Source: Spirochaetaceae bacterium
GTDB lineage: Bacteria; Spirochaetota; Spirochaetia; DSM-2461
Assembly: GCA_051531975.1 (NCBI GenBank)
Contig: JAOPTT010000020.1
Location: forward strand, 32,001-96,000
Reading direction: 5' to 3'
DNA length: 64,000 bases
Shown: positions 1 through 9,809 of the stretch, in pieces
Position numbering within the stretch: the stretch's first letter is position 1
Layout: every line of letters starts with the position of its first letter
Program-made: the position numbers and the translations under genes
Notes under the pieces: generated by a model
Told to the model about the DNA's origin: nothing
Seen by the model: the letters and a program-made list of their open reading frames with translations, nothing else
Databases searched by the model: none

Positions 1-1279
1 AATAATAAAGAACACCATTGGATTCTACGATTGATGACATACAAATTGGTTCTTTAATATCATCCAAGGTTTTAAAATCTGACCATGATTCTCCACCGTT
101 ATCTGAAGTTACATAGATTTTTTTTAGGGGGGCATGGGGTAGAGATACTGGACTGTTTGTTCTTACTACCATCATTAGATCCCCGATCTCATTTACTTGA
201 GCTATCTCACTTTCATTACCATCATCTAGTCTATCACTGGTCTGCCATGTTAAACCATGATCATCACTGTAAAGAGATAATGAGCCTCCATCGATATATC
301 CTGGAGCAACTAATCGTCCTTTATATATTCCACTATCAATCATAATTCCGTGTCCTGGACCAACAAACCCATCGTAAACTAATTCAGGATCGGACCAGGT
401 AAAACCTCCATCAGAACTGATTTTTTTGTATGTTTTGAAGTTATTAGCTTTGTTTCCTGATATATGTAGTAGAATTATTTCTCCAGTAATGGAATCAAAT
501 ATTGGTGTTGAGTTTCCGATTTTCCCGATTCCAGGTTCATATGTACTTGTTATTATTAAATCTGACCACGTAATCCCACCATCAGAACTGACTTTCTGAA
601 CCAGGTCGATATCTCCATGATCTAGAGATCCATTTCGTCTAGCTTCAGCCATAACTATTACCTGGTCATTTTGAAGTATTGTACCGTTTTTAAGTTTGGA
701 ACCTTTTGGAAGAACTAAAAGAGAAGGGATTCTGAATATATTATAATCACTCTCTCCTGATTCAAATATAGCGGTAGCATCACCATCAATATTTGAATAT
801 TCAAAATCCTGCTGAGTTCCTAATATATAAAATTGTAAAATGAAGGTAAGTAAAAGAATACCTGATAATATTGATCTGATATAAATCTTTTTTGTAAAAA
901 GTGCAGTTATACTCTGACCAAGCATTAGAAACATTAAAGGGACTAAGCCACCTAAAGCTAGATAGATTACCAAATCGTATAAAGATAATGGCTGGAAAAA
1001 ATCTACAATAACCGAAGTTATTAGACTATATATTAAAAACCCACTGATCAACAGAGAACCTAATAAATTAAGCCAGATCAGTTTTGAATTAGTAGATTTC
1101 CTATTTATGAACATCACCGCAATAAATCCAATAAGATTAAGGGCTAAGGTTACATATAATATAACTTTTTTATCTATTATAGGAGCATTAAACTTCATAA
1201 ACAGATAACTTCCAGTTATTAGAGAAATTACAGCAGTAATAGTAATTATATTTTTTAGAACTTTTAATACTTTAGACAT
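1..1279 (-). CDS. Membrane-anchored sialidase/neuraminidase (GH33, BNR/Asp-box beta-propeller) with ~5 N-terminal TM helices; 3' end runs off the window
   Basis: Not in the ORF track; translated by hand from ATG at 1279 (overlaps the stop of the upstream symporter), open to position 1. Contains FRIP, AEAR..DHGDIDLV, Asp boxes SSDGGITW, SSDGGFTW, SDDHGLTW, SDNGGESW, and GPGHGI..GRLVAP. The first ~155 aa are hydrophobic helices. Confidence 0.9.
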   Translation of the reverse strand, partial: MSKVLKVLKNIITITAVISLITGSYLFMKFNAPIIDKKVILYVTLALNLIGFIAVMFINRKSTNSKLIWLNLLGSLLISGFLIYSLITSVIVDFFQPLSLYDLVIYLALGGLVPLMFLMLGQSITALFTKKIYIRSILSGILLLTFILQFYILGTQQDFEYSNIDGDATAIFESGESDYNIFRIPSLLVLPKGSKLKNGTILQNDQVIVMAEARRNGSLDHGDIDLVQKVSSDGGITWSDLIITSTYEPGIGKIGNSTPIFDSITGEIILLHISGNKANNFKTYKKISSDGGFTWSDPELVYDGFVGPGHGIMIDSGIYKGRLVAPGYIDGGSLSLYSDDHGLTWQTSDRLDDGNESEIAQVNEIGDLMMVVRTNSPVSLPHAPLKKIYVTSDNGGESWSDFKTLDDIKEPICMSSIVESNGVLYY

Positions 1280-2624
1280 TAGACTCACCTTTTTTTCTTG
1301 TTTTTAATTCACTTAGAATCTTGCTGAACATACCGTTGTTAATTTTGTAGAACCTGATAACTATAACCGAGATTATTATTAACACTATTGGAATGATTGT
1401 AAGAGTACTTAGTATTCCGGTTAATGTAGACTCAGATTGATTTATAGAATTTGGTACGTAGTTTGTCCACTCTAGTACTGCTGCAACAAGTATCCCAGCT
1501 ACTGCAGTGGCTAATTTTTGACTGAAACTATATACAGCATAGGATATTCCCTCGGCTCGTTTACCGGTTTTCCACTCTCCGTATTCTATAGTATCAGGAA
1601 TCATAGCCCAACCAACTGTAGATATTGCCGCAATTCCGAAACTGCTTAGACCACCAAAAAGTAGGATCAGTCCTATCTGATCATAAGGGATAAAATGGAA
1701 TATTATTGATCCAATAATACCTATAACAGAACCTATTATATAAGTCCCTTTTTTATCCCATAATCGGGTTGCCAGAGGAATTAAAAGATTTGCAATAAGC
1801 ATTGATAATACTACAACACCTAGAAATACAGGCAATAAGTCTCCATTTCCAATATTGTAATTAACATAATAAATTGCTGCAGTTTCTCTAATGAAGACAG
1901 CCATATTTCCTACCAGGGAAGCTAAAGTCACTATTAATAATTGTTTATTCTTAAATAACAGTGGCCAGATATCTCTGATATGATAGGAGTCATCACTTAT
2001 ACTTTTGTTTTTTGTAGCTACTTTTGTAAGCTTGAAACAGAACAAGAAGAATATAAAAGATAAAAGACCAAATATTATGGAAACAAAGAAATACCCCTCT
2101 GATAAGGTAGAAAAAGCAGAAACAAGAGGTTCGGTAACTACTGAGACTGTAATAACTCCAATAAGCATAAATATCATTCGAATTGAAGATAAGGATGTTC
2201 TCTCCTGGGGGTCATCTGTTAAGGACGCAGTTAGTGATGAATAGGGAATATTAACCAGGGTGAATAACATTCCCCAGATAATATATGTAACACCGGCATA
2301 GACTATTTTACCTGTAATCCCTAATTCAGGTGTGGAAAACATAGCTATAGTTGCTAAAGCTAGAGGAAGTGATCCATACAATAAATAAACTCTGGCTTTA
2401 CCATGTCTAGATTTTGTTTTATCCATAAGCATACCCATAACCGGATCGTTAACTGCATCCCATAATCTAGCAACAAGGAAAATGATTCCTGCAGCCATTG
2501 CAGATATACCAAGTACGTCTGTATAGAAAAATAGTAAATAAATTACTGTTAATTGGAAAACCAGATTACTAGCCAAATCACCTAGTCCATATCCGATTTT
2601 AGTTTTTAATTTTAAATTACCCAT
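1272..2624 (-). CDS. Glycoside-pentoside-hexuronide (GPH/MelB-family) MFS sugar:cation symporter
   Basis: KIGYGLGDLASN, ARLWDAVNDPVMG, IPYSSL, PDTIEYGEWKTGKRAEG motifs; ~12 TM. Confidence 0.92.
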   Translation of the reverse strand: MGNLKLKTKIGYGLGDLASNLVFQLTVIYLLFFYTDVLGISAMAAGIIFLVARLWDAVNDPVMGMLMDKTKSRHGKARVYLLYGSLPLALATIAMFSTPELGITGKIVYAGVTYIIWGMLFTLVNIPYSSLTASLTDDPQERTSLSSIRMIFMLIGVITVSVVTEPLVSAFSTLSEGYFFVSIIFGLLSFIFFLFCFKLTKVATKNKSISDDSYHIRDIWPLLFKNKQLLIVTLASLVGNMAVFIRETAAIYYVNYNIGNGDLLPVFLGVVVLSMLIANLLIPLATRLWDKKGTYIIGSVIGIIGSIIFHFIPYDQIGLILLFGGLSSFGIAAISTVGWAMIPDTIEYGEWKTGKRAEGISYAVYSFSQKLATAVAGILVAAVLEWTNYVPNSINQSESTLTGILSTLTIIPIVLIIISVIVIRFYKINNGMFSKILSELKTRKKGESNV

Positions 2625-3945
2625 TATTATCCTCCTTAGTTAAATATGTCTTTATCATCTCTTCAGAAACTTCCTTATTTTTACAAATTTCTCCATAAAA
2701 CCTTCCACTATCCCTTATTTTTCGTTCCAAAGTTTCATAGTTTACTTCGATTAGACCAAACCTGGGACCATACCCATCATTCCATTCCAGATTATCAAGA
2801 AGAGACCAGTGGTAATATCTTCTGACATCAATACCATCTTCAATAAGGCGTTTTACCTGGGCTAAATGATCGTATATAAATTTTGCTCTTTTTGAGTCAT
2901 TAACATCTGGGATACCGTTTTCAGTAATATAAATTGGTAACTTATATTTGTCATATGTAGCCTTAATTACTTTATATAAACCCTCAGGATATATTTCCCA
3001 GCCAAGATCATTTACCCTATGATCAGGTAAATTTTCCTCAACTTTGACTTCACCAAACAGTGAAGCTGGATTATTACTTGAGTGAATAATATGTCTTGAA
3101 TAATAATTCACTCCAATAAAATCGCAGAAAGAACCTTTTCCTAGGGGATAACCAAAACCGACTGGAAATGTCAGGTGACCTTCTACCATTCCATTAAGGA
3201 ATAGTTTGTGAAAGGAATAATCCATTAGTTTTTTGCTTAGTTTTGTCAGGGGTTTCTGTTCTTTACATTCAAAATAAGCCAAGTGATGGGCTAAACCTAC
3301 CATTGTATCTGCATAACCCATTTCGCTTCTGAGTTCATGTATCATTTTGTATGAATGTAAATGGGCTAATATAAGGTTTCTAGAAGCTTTAAAGTAAGAA
3401 ACTATATCATCCGTATGTCCTGGAGGATATTTTCCATCCATATAAGTATCATTTAAAAAAACATTTGGTTCATTGATAGTGCAATATTCATTTACTTCAT
3501 GTCCTATAGATTGAATGACTTTTTTTACAAAACGGGTAAAATAGAAAACGCTCTTCTTATTGGTCCATGCACCTTTTTCTTCAAACCACTGAGGTTGAGA
3601 GAAGTGATGAAGAGTTACTAAAGGTTTAATCCCAGCATCAATTAGTGCTTTTATCTCATCCTGATAGTGCTTAATACCATCTTGGGACCAGACACCTTCT
3701 TTAGGTTCAAAACGGCTCCACTCAATACTCATTCTGTAGATCTCTTGGTTCATCTCTTTCATCAGTTCAATATCTTCTTTATAACGGTTGTAGTGATCCG
3801 CTGCTACAATAGAACTATCATTATTTGCAATTTTGCCTTTTAGAGACCAATGATACCAGTTACTATTTTTGTCTCCACCTTCGATCTGGGTAGCTGCGGT
3901 TGCACTACCAAATAATAGCTGTTTTGGGAATTTAATTTTTTTCAT
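2617..3945 (-). CDS. GH1 beta-glycosidase
   Basis: FGSATAATQIEG N-terminus, TINEP acid/base, YITENG nucleophile, WSLLDNLEW; no signal peptide. Confidence 0.95.
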   Translation of the reverse strand: MKKIKFPKQLLFGSATAATQIEGGDKNSNWYHWSLKGKIANNDSSIVAADHYNRYKEDIELMKEMNQEIYRMSIEWSRFEPKEGVWSQDGIKHYQDEIKALIDAGIKPLVTLHHFSQPQWFEEKGAWTNKKSVFYFTRFVKKVIQSIGHEVNEYCTINEPNVFLNDTYMDGKYPPGHTDDIVSYFKASRNLILAHLHSYKMIHELRSEMGYADTMVGLAHHLAYFECKEQKPLTKLSKKLMDYSFHKLFLNGMVEGHLTFPVGFGYPLGKGSFCDFIGVNYYSRHIIHSSNNPASLFGEVKVEENLPDHRVNDLGWEIYPEGLYKVIKATYDKYKLPIYITENGIPDVNDSKRAKFIYDHLAQVKRLIEDGIDVRRYYHWSLLDNLEWNDGYGPRFGLIEVNYETLERKIRDSGRFYGEICKNKEVSEEMIKTYLTKEDNNG

Positions 3946-4575
3946 TTAATCTGCCTTTAATGCCAGGATGTATATTGATACCTGGTTCTTTATTAGTTCA
4001 ATTCCACTTATACCTGTTTCACTTAATATCATCTCATTTCGGATTGCAATTCGCTGTCCAAAACTCCATAACACATTTGAAATTGTGGAAACCATTAATT
4101 TGATATCGATATCTTCTTTTATGGTTTTATCTTTTATACCTTTGACTAATAATTGGGTTAATAATTCATCGGATTCGAGGATAATGTTATTAAATCTTTC
4201 CATACTATCCGTAGATGGTTTATTTATTTTTTCATCTTTAAAATAAAAATCAAATTCCCCTAAGTACTTCATCACATTTGTTTTATTCGACATATAATCG
4301 ATTAGTTGAAACAAAAAAGATTCAAATTGAATCAATCCACTTCCGGTTAATTTATCAAATACTTCTTTATGGTATACATTCCAATCATTTAATAAAAATA
4401 TAGTCGTCTCATATGCCAGGCTCTCTTTTGTATCAAAATAGCGATAAAGTGTTCTTCTTGTTAAACCAACCTGATTGGCTATGTCATCCATAACCACATT
4501 AAAAAGACCTTTATCAAGAAATAATTCTCTAGCTTTTTCCATAATCAGGATTTCTTTTTCTTTTCTCTTATCCAC
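3946..4575 (-). CDS. TetR/AcrR-family transcriptional regulator
   Basis: N-terminal HTH MDDIANQVGLTRRTLYRYFDTKE; GTG start with AAGGA RBS. Confidence 0.93.
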   Translation of the reverse strand: MDKRKEKEILIMEKARELFLDKGLFNVVMDDIANQVGLTRRTLYRYFDTKESLAYETTIFLLNDWNVYHKEVFDKLTGSGLIQFESFLFQLIDYMSNKTNVMKYLGEFDFYFKDEKINKPSTDSMERFNNIILESDELLTQLLVKGIKDKTIKEDIDIKLMVSTISNVLWSFGQRIAIRNEMILSETGISGIELIKNQVSIYILALKAD

Positions 4576-4588
4576 AATATTTCCTTAC

Positions 4589-4640
4589 GACACAGTGTGT
4601 GTCATGAAAGCATACTAAACCCTGTCACACACTGTGTCAA
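4589..4640 (-). promoter_or_regulatory. Sigma70 promoter (TTGACA-17-TAGTAT) with two palindromic TetR operator candidates (GACACA-N3-TGTG(T/A)C)
   Basis: -35 at 4640-4635 and -10 at 4617-4612 on the minus strand; GACACAGTGTGTG (4589-4601) is the exact reverse complement of 4626-4638. Confidence 0.8.
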
Positions 4641-4698
4641 CTTTTAATTTGATTAATTTTGGGGAGGGGTTATTTTTTATTTTAAATATGAGATCTTT

Positions 4699-4824
4699 TT
4701 ATACTTTTGATTTAATGGAACGAGGGCCGTTCATCAACAAAAGAGAAATCCAAACACAGACTGTAAAATAAGACGAGTGCCAGAAAAGAAAACCAATTCC
4801 CCAGTCAGTGAGTTTTTTACTATT
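4699..4824 (-). pseudogene. Start-less 3' remnant of a membrane-protein gene
   Basis: Open frame NSKKLTDWGIGFLFWHSSYFTVCVWISLLLMNGPRSIKSKV*, preceded by an in-frame stop and with no plausible start; GC-richer than its flanks. Confidence 0.4.
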
Positions 4825-4842
4825 TTAGTAATATTCCTTCGT

Positions 4843-7038
4843 TTATTTCAATAAAAGTTGGTATATAAAATATAAATTTGCCAATGCATCATCATAGTTA
4901 TTACTTCTAATACTTAACTCTGAGATTATAGATTTTTTAAGATATATAAGTCTTATATCCAAATCCTTATTATCTTTAATATTTGTTTTTAAAATAGTAA
5001 AACATAGATCCCATATCTTGTCCCAATTACTATTTACAAACCATGATATTAATTTTTTATGGTTTGTATTAAATACATCTATATCCCTGGTTTGTTCTAA
5101 AAACTCTTTTATACCTTCACCTTTTTTTTGATTTTTAGCAGCGTATATATCTGATAATCTAGGTGTAAAGTCTAATAAATCAGAAACCAAAGAGTAATAT
5201 GTCTGTTTAAATATACTATCATCTTTAATTTTACAACTTTGATATACTTTACTGAAAATAAAACCTGTATCATCCATATTTTTAAGAGCAATTAAATAAT
5301 TTAGTTTATCCCATGGACTTTCTACTCTGCTCTCATAATCATAAATTTCTTCTAATAAATCCTTATTACCTATACGACCTAAGGATTTTGCTGCATTTGA
5401 TTTAATAACATCATCATCTGATTTAAATAGTTGTAATAAAACCTCTTCAACTTCTTTATAAGGATAAGCCCCAAGAGCAAATACCGCTTTTTTCTGATGG
5501 TAAGAACCAGAATCCTTAGCTTCGTTAATTAATTCTTCCATTAACTCTTTTCTTGGATGGTTAAAAAGCGATTTTATAACATCACCCTTAACAGGAGACA
5601 GTGGAGAGGATAAAATTGATTTTAACTCTTTTGTTGCAATATCAGTATCATTTTGAGAAATTGATAAAATGACAGTTCTCTTTTTTACTGGATCATATAT
5701 ATTATTAAGTTTTCCAATATAGTTATATGCTCTTAAACCTTCTAAGGAAAATAAAATTGAAGCTGTTTCTTTAGCACTTAGACTTCCTTTATCGATTATT
5801 TTAAAACTTATTAGAATCATGCTAATACTTAAAATAAGTCCAAAAAGAAAAAGCAAAGTAAAATTGTTTGGTAAATAGTTGGTTAAACTAACTCCCTTAT
5901 CAATTAAAAGACCACCTGTTAATCCTGTTATTAATGAGAAACTAGCAGTAACAAAGTTAATCATAGAATTATATCCAAATGAATCATTTTCAGGCATTGT
6001 ATTCACTATCACTCTGTCAATTAAAACATTATTAGATAATAAAAAGAAATTTGAAAAGAATCCTAAAATAAAATAAAAATAATATGGAATAAAGGTACTA
6101 TTGCTAACAGGTAATAAGACCCAAATAAATAAAAAAATTGAAAGTAGAATATTAGAACCAATTAATAGTGGCCTACTACCAATTCTATCTGCAAATGTTT
6201 TAGCAAAAAGACCAGATAAAATGTTCGCAAATGCAATTACCATAGTATATAAAAAAACTAGATTTGCAGAAAACCCAACCTCTTTTCTTAAAAAAACAAT
6301 AGTTAATCCGTTAACTACCATTACACTAATAGATATCCATCTTACTAAAAGAGGGTATGATCTTTTTTTATTTGTAATAGACTCTTTAAATATAACAAAG
6401 AGATTCCTACTTTTTTCATAGGCTACAACTTCTCGGCAAGGTATTTTTTTTAATTGAAATGCTGCCGTCGTGTTTAATATAACTCCAAGTAGTTGTAATA
6501 ATAACAGACCAGATATTCCTGATAATAATTTGAATGAGGTTACAATAAAACTAATTAGTTTTGATATTACAGATGCACTTTGGTTTGCAATAAATCCAAG
6601 AGCTAAAACATTTCCTCTATTAGTAGATGTTGTAACCATTTTTATTAAAGGATTCCAAATAACAACACCAACTATCCTTGCAGAACAAAAAAGTGTATAT
6701 ACCACTAATATTAGTAATACTGCTGGTCTTCCTTCTAAAAAAAACAGAAACATATATAATAATACAAACAGACCTCTTAATACCCATGCCGTATATTGAA
6801 GTTTAATAAGATTTTTTCCAGCAAGAAGTCTTGGTAAAAATACTAAAATAAATCCTGTTAAAAAAATTACAGAGGATATAAAACCTAATTCAATATTTGT
6901 AGCACCAAATTGTATAGCCATTAAATATACAGGTGTCTCTCCCATAAAATTGAATCCCATTCCATTTAAACCTTGAAATGTATAAACTTTTTTTTGGGCA
7001 TACTTTTTTTCTTTTTCACTTAAAAATATTGTTGGCAT
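4843..7038 (-). CDS. MFS transporter fused to a C-terminal HEAT-repeat domain
   Basis: ~12 TM N-terminal domain with FADRIGSRPL loop motif; C-terminal helical repeats (AVFALGAYP, NAAKSLGRIG). Confidence 0.8.
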   Translation of the reverse strand: MPTIFLSEKEKKYAQKKVYTFQGLNGMGFNFMGETPVYLMAIQFGATNIELGFISSVIFLTGFILVFLPRLLAGKNLIKLQYTAWVLRGLFVLLYMFLFFLEGRPAVLLILVVYTLFCSARIVGVVIWNPLIKMVTTSTNRGNVLALGFIANQSASVISKLISFIVTSFKLLSGISGLLLLQLLGVILNTTAAFQLKKIPCREVVAYEKSRNLFVIFKESITNKKRSYPLLVRWISISVMVVNGLTIVFLRKEVGFSANLVFLYTMVIAFANILSGLFAKTFADRIGSRPLLIGSNILLSIFLFIWVLLPVSNSTFIPYYFYFILGFFSNFFLLSNNVLIDRVIVNTMPENDSFGYNSMINFVTASFSLITGLTGGLLIDKGVSLTNYLPNNFTLLFLFGLILSISMILISFKIIDKGSLSAKETASILFSLEGLRAYNYIGKLNNIYDPVKKRTVILSISQNDTDIATKELKSILSSPLSPVKGDVIKSLFNHPRKELMEELINEAKDSGSYHQKKAVFALGAYPYKEVEEVLLQLFKSDDDVIKSNAAKSLGRIGNKDLLEEIYDYESRVESPWDKLNYLIALKNMDDTGFIFSKVYQSCKIKDDSIFKQTYYSLVSDLLDFTPRLSDIYAAKNQKKGEGIKEFLEQTRDIDVFNTNHKKLISWFVNSNWDKIWDLCFTILKTNIKDNKDLDIRLIYLKKSIISELSIRSNNYDDALANLYFIYQLLLK

Positions 7039-7097
7039 TAAATATCTCCATACTAATATTTCTGATTATATAACATTTTAAAAATAATGAGGACAAG

Positions 7098-8504
7098 CTA
7101 AATAAAAAGCAGATGCATTACCATTTCACCTAATCTTTTAACTGCTGGTACAATATCATCTGTATAACATCCAGCATCGATACGTATGAAGTTCTCAAAA
7201 TATTTCTTTTGGGAAAAAAGACCTCCAGGTACTATGGCTATTCCCTCTTTTATTGCAATCGTATAGAGGTCTAATCCAGATACATTACCTGGTAATTCAA
7301 CCCATAATGTATATCCACCCTTAGGGTCTGTCATATTTGTGCCATCAGGGAAATATTTTTTTACATCTGCTCTTAACTTTGACATTCTTGATGATACTTC
7401 ATTTCGTAGTTTTCTAAGTTGTCTATGAAAACCACCTGACTCTAAATAATTTGTTAATAATAGCTGGGATATGGTTGAAGTGCATATATTAGTACTCATT
7501 TTCCTTTGAATCACTCTGTTTTTAAATTTACCTGGAATAATATAACCCACTCTAAGACCAGGAGAGATAGTTTTTGAGAAGGAGGAACATAGTATAGTAT
7601 TACCAGTTGAATCGTAACTTCTACATGTTGTTGGTCTATTACCCTCAAAATATAGGTCTCCATATACATCATCTTCAATTAGAGGAATTTTTTTATCACT
7701 TAAAATTTCAGCTAATAACTTTTTATTTATATCGGGGATGATACTTCCACTAGGATTGTTAAAATTACTAATAACAAGACAAGCTTTTATAGTGTTAAAC
7801 TCCATTGCATATTTAAGAGCATCTATTGATATACCATCTTCAGCATTTGATGGAATTTCAATAATATTTAGTCCTAGGTTTTTAAACATTAATACTAAAT
7901 TACAATAAACTGGGGACTGTATAGCAACACTGTCTCCTGGTTTGGTAATAGCGCTAAGGGCTAAAAATAGAGCCTCTTCACAACCAGAGGTTATTACAAT
8001 TTCATCTTCCCTTATGGATAAACCACTATCAACTAGTTTTCCTATTATCGATCTCCTAAGGGATATTAACCCTTCGGTAGGTGCATAAGATAAGCATTGT
8101 TTTTTTTGTGTTTCAGAAAGTGAAGAAATTAAAATACTAAAATCCTGTACAGGCATTAGTGATGGGGAAGCTACTGCCGCACCTAATGGAATATGTTCAG
8201 GGTCCATTACTTCATTTAAAATGTGCTGATAGTCTAGGTTCTCAGTTGCAATTTGTATGACAGGGTTGTGTAAAATAGGCAGTGTATTAGAACAGTTCTT
8301 TTTTACAAAATAGCCAACCTTAGAACGACCTTCTATAACATCATCTATCTCTAAAATTGAGTATGCTTCCTTAATTGTATTTATACTAACTTTTAGGTTA
8401 TTACTCATCACTCTAATAGATGGAAGTTTATCACCTTCTGCATAAATATTTTTTTCTATCATTGTTTTTATCTGAAGTACAACTTGTTCATATAGGTATC
8501 CCAT
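7098..8504 (-). CDS. MocR/GabR-family regulator (GntR wHTH + class I PLP aminotransferase-like domain)
   Basis: GDKLPSIR..VSINTIKEAY HTH; NNPSG, IEDDVYGDL, SFSKTISPGLRVGY. Confidence 0.93.
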   Translation of the reverse strand: MGYLYEQVVLQIKTMIEKNIYAEGDKLPSIRVMSNNLKVSINTIKEAYSILEIDDVIEGRSKVGYFVKKNCSNTLPILHNPVIQIATENLDYQHILNEVMDPEHIPLGAAVASPSLMPVQDFSILISSLSETQKKQCLSYAPTEGLISLRRSIIGKLVDSGLSIREDEIVITSGCEEALFLALSAITKPGDSVAIQSPVYCNLVLMFKNLGLNIIEIPSNAEDGISIDALKYAMEFNTIKACLVISNFNNPSGSIIPDINKKLLAEILSDKKIPLIEDDVYGDLYFEGNRPTTCRSYDSTGNTILCSSFSKTISPGLRVGYIIPGKFKNRVIQRKMSTNICTSTISQLLLTNYLESGGFHRQLRKLRNEVSSRMSKLRADVKKYFPDGTNMTDPKGGYTLWVELPGNVSGLDLYTIAIKEGIAIVPGGLFSQKKYFENFIRIDAGCYTDDIVPAVKRLGEMVMHLLFI

Positions 8505-8522
8505 CTATTCAGTATACATCAA

Positions 8523-8599
8523 CTGTGTCCTAAAAGACACAGATAATTGCAAATATATAGGGTACAGATTATCGATAAGACTCTGTACCCTATATATTT
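8523..8599. promoter_or_regulatory. Inverted repeats in the divergent mocR/cysteine-synthase intergenic region, candidate MocR operator
   Basis: Perfect 18-bp IR AAATATATAGGGTACAGA (8551-8568)/TCTGTACCCTATATATTT (8582-8599); second IR CTGTGTC (8523-8529)/GACACAG (8536-8542). Confidence 0.65.
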
Positions 8600-8661
8600 C
8601 TGCTGTTTTGATTCTGTCTTTCCAAACTAGGTGGGTATAACATACTGTAGGGGTATGAAAA

Positions 8662-9732
8662 ATGTTAACTATGGAACAAACAGAATTAAAAATACAAAAA
8701 GCAATTTATGGAATATCAAATCTAATTGGTAATACGCCACTATTAGAGATTACATTTAAATATAAAGGTGAATTACGAAAGATATTTGCAAAAGCTGAAA
8801 ACTATAATTTAACTGGTAGTATTAAAGATAGAATGGCAATGCATATTTTAAAAAAAGCCTATTATTCTGGTGCTATAAAACCAGGGGATAGAATAATAGA
8901 AGCGACTAGTGGAAATACTGGAATTGCGTTCTCTGCGATTGGACGATTTTTAGGTCACCCAGTAACAATATTTATGCCTGATTGGATGAGTAAAGAGAGA
9001 ATTAATTTAATAAAGAGTTATGGTGCTGATATTGTATTAGTCTCTAAAGAGCAGGGTGGTTTCCGTGGAAGTATAGAGATGGCTAATAAGATGGCAGAAG
9101 AGCTTGGCGATGCATTTAGGCCACAACAATTTGATAACCTTGATAATTCTGATGCACACTACTCAACTACTGGTCCTGAAATATCCAAACAACTAGAAGC
9201 TCAATCTATGGTTCCTGATGCATTTGTTGCCGGAGTTGGAACTGGTGGTACTGTTATGGGTGTTGGGAAATACCTAAAAGAGCAAAATAACAATATTAAA
9301 ATATACCCGTTAGAGCCATCAAACTCTCCAACTTTAACTACTGGACATAAGGTTGGTTCACATAGAATACAAGGTATCTCAGATGAGTTCATTCCATCTA
9401 TAGTAGAATTAGATAAACTTGATGATATAATATGTGTCGACGATGGAGATGCAGTTATAATGGCTCAGAAACTAGCTTTTAATCTAGGTCTAGGAGTAGG
9501 TATATCTTCTGGGGCAAACTTTATTGGAGCATTAATAGCTGGGGAAAAACTTGGATCTAATAAAATTGTAACCACAGTATTTTCTGATGATAATAAAAAA
9601 TACCTAAGTACTGATTTAGCAGGTACAGAACCAGTAAAAGAGGGGTTTTATTCTACTGATATTGAACTTCTTAGTGTTAATAGTTTACATAGGGTTTGTG
9701 AGATTTGTAATAAGGGAAATAAAGCATCTTAG
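8662..9732 (+). CDS. PLP-dependent cysteine synthase (CysK/CysM)-family enzyme with C-terminal CxxC extension
   Basis: IGNTPL, GSIKDR (PLP lysine), [21 protein letters not shown]; tail RVCEIC. Confidence 0.88.
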   Translation: MLTMEQTELKIQKAIYGISNLIGNTPLLEITFKYKGELRKIFAKAENYNLTGSIKDRMAMHILKKAYYSGAIKPGDRIIEATSGNTGIAFSAIGRFLGHPVTIFMPDWMSKERINLIKSYGADIVLVSKEQGGFRGSIEMANKMAEELGDAFRPQQFDNLDNSDAHYSTTGPEISKQLEAQSMVPDAFVAGVGTGGTVMGVGKYLKEQNNNIKIYPLEPSNSPTLTTGHKVGSHRIQGISDEFIPSIVELDKLDDIICVDDGDAVIMAQKLAFNLGLGVGISSGANFIGALIAGEKLGSNKIVTTVFSDDNKKYLSTDLAGTEPVKEGFYSTDIELLSVNSLHRVCEICNKGNKAS

Positions 9733-9809
9733 TTTATTGAGTTTTAATTTTCTTTTACTAAGTATTTAAACCTATATAATATATAATTATAGGATGAGGT
9801 CTCTTAGTA

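Noticed and set aside
85..345. 86-aa His-rich plus-strand ORF
   Set aside because: Shadow of the minus-strand sialidase, which has clear family motifs
4757..4780. CAGACTGTAAAATAAG resembling an IS terminal repeat
   Set aside because: No partner inverted repeat, target duplication or transposase; better explained as part of a coding remnant
5879..6799. Three Asn/Lys/Ile-rich plus-strand ORFs
   Set aside because: Antisense shadows of hydrophobic codons in the MFS-HEAT gene
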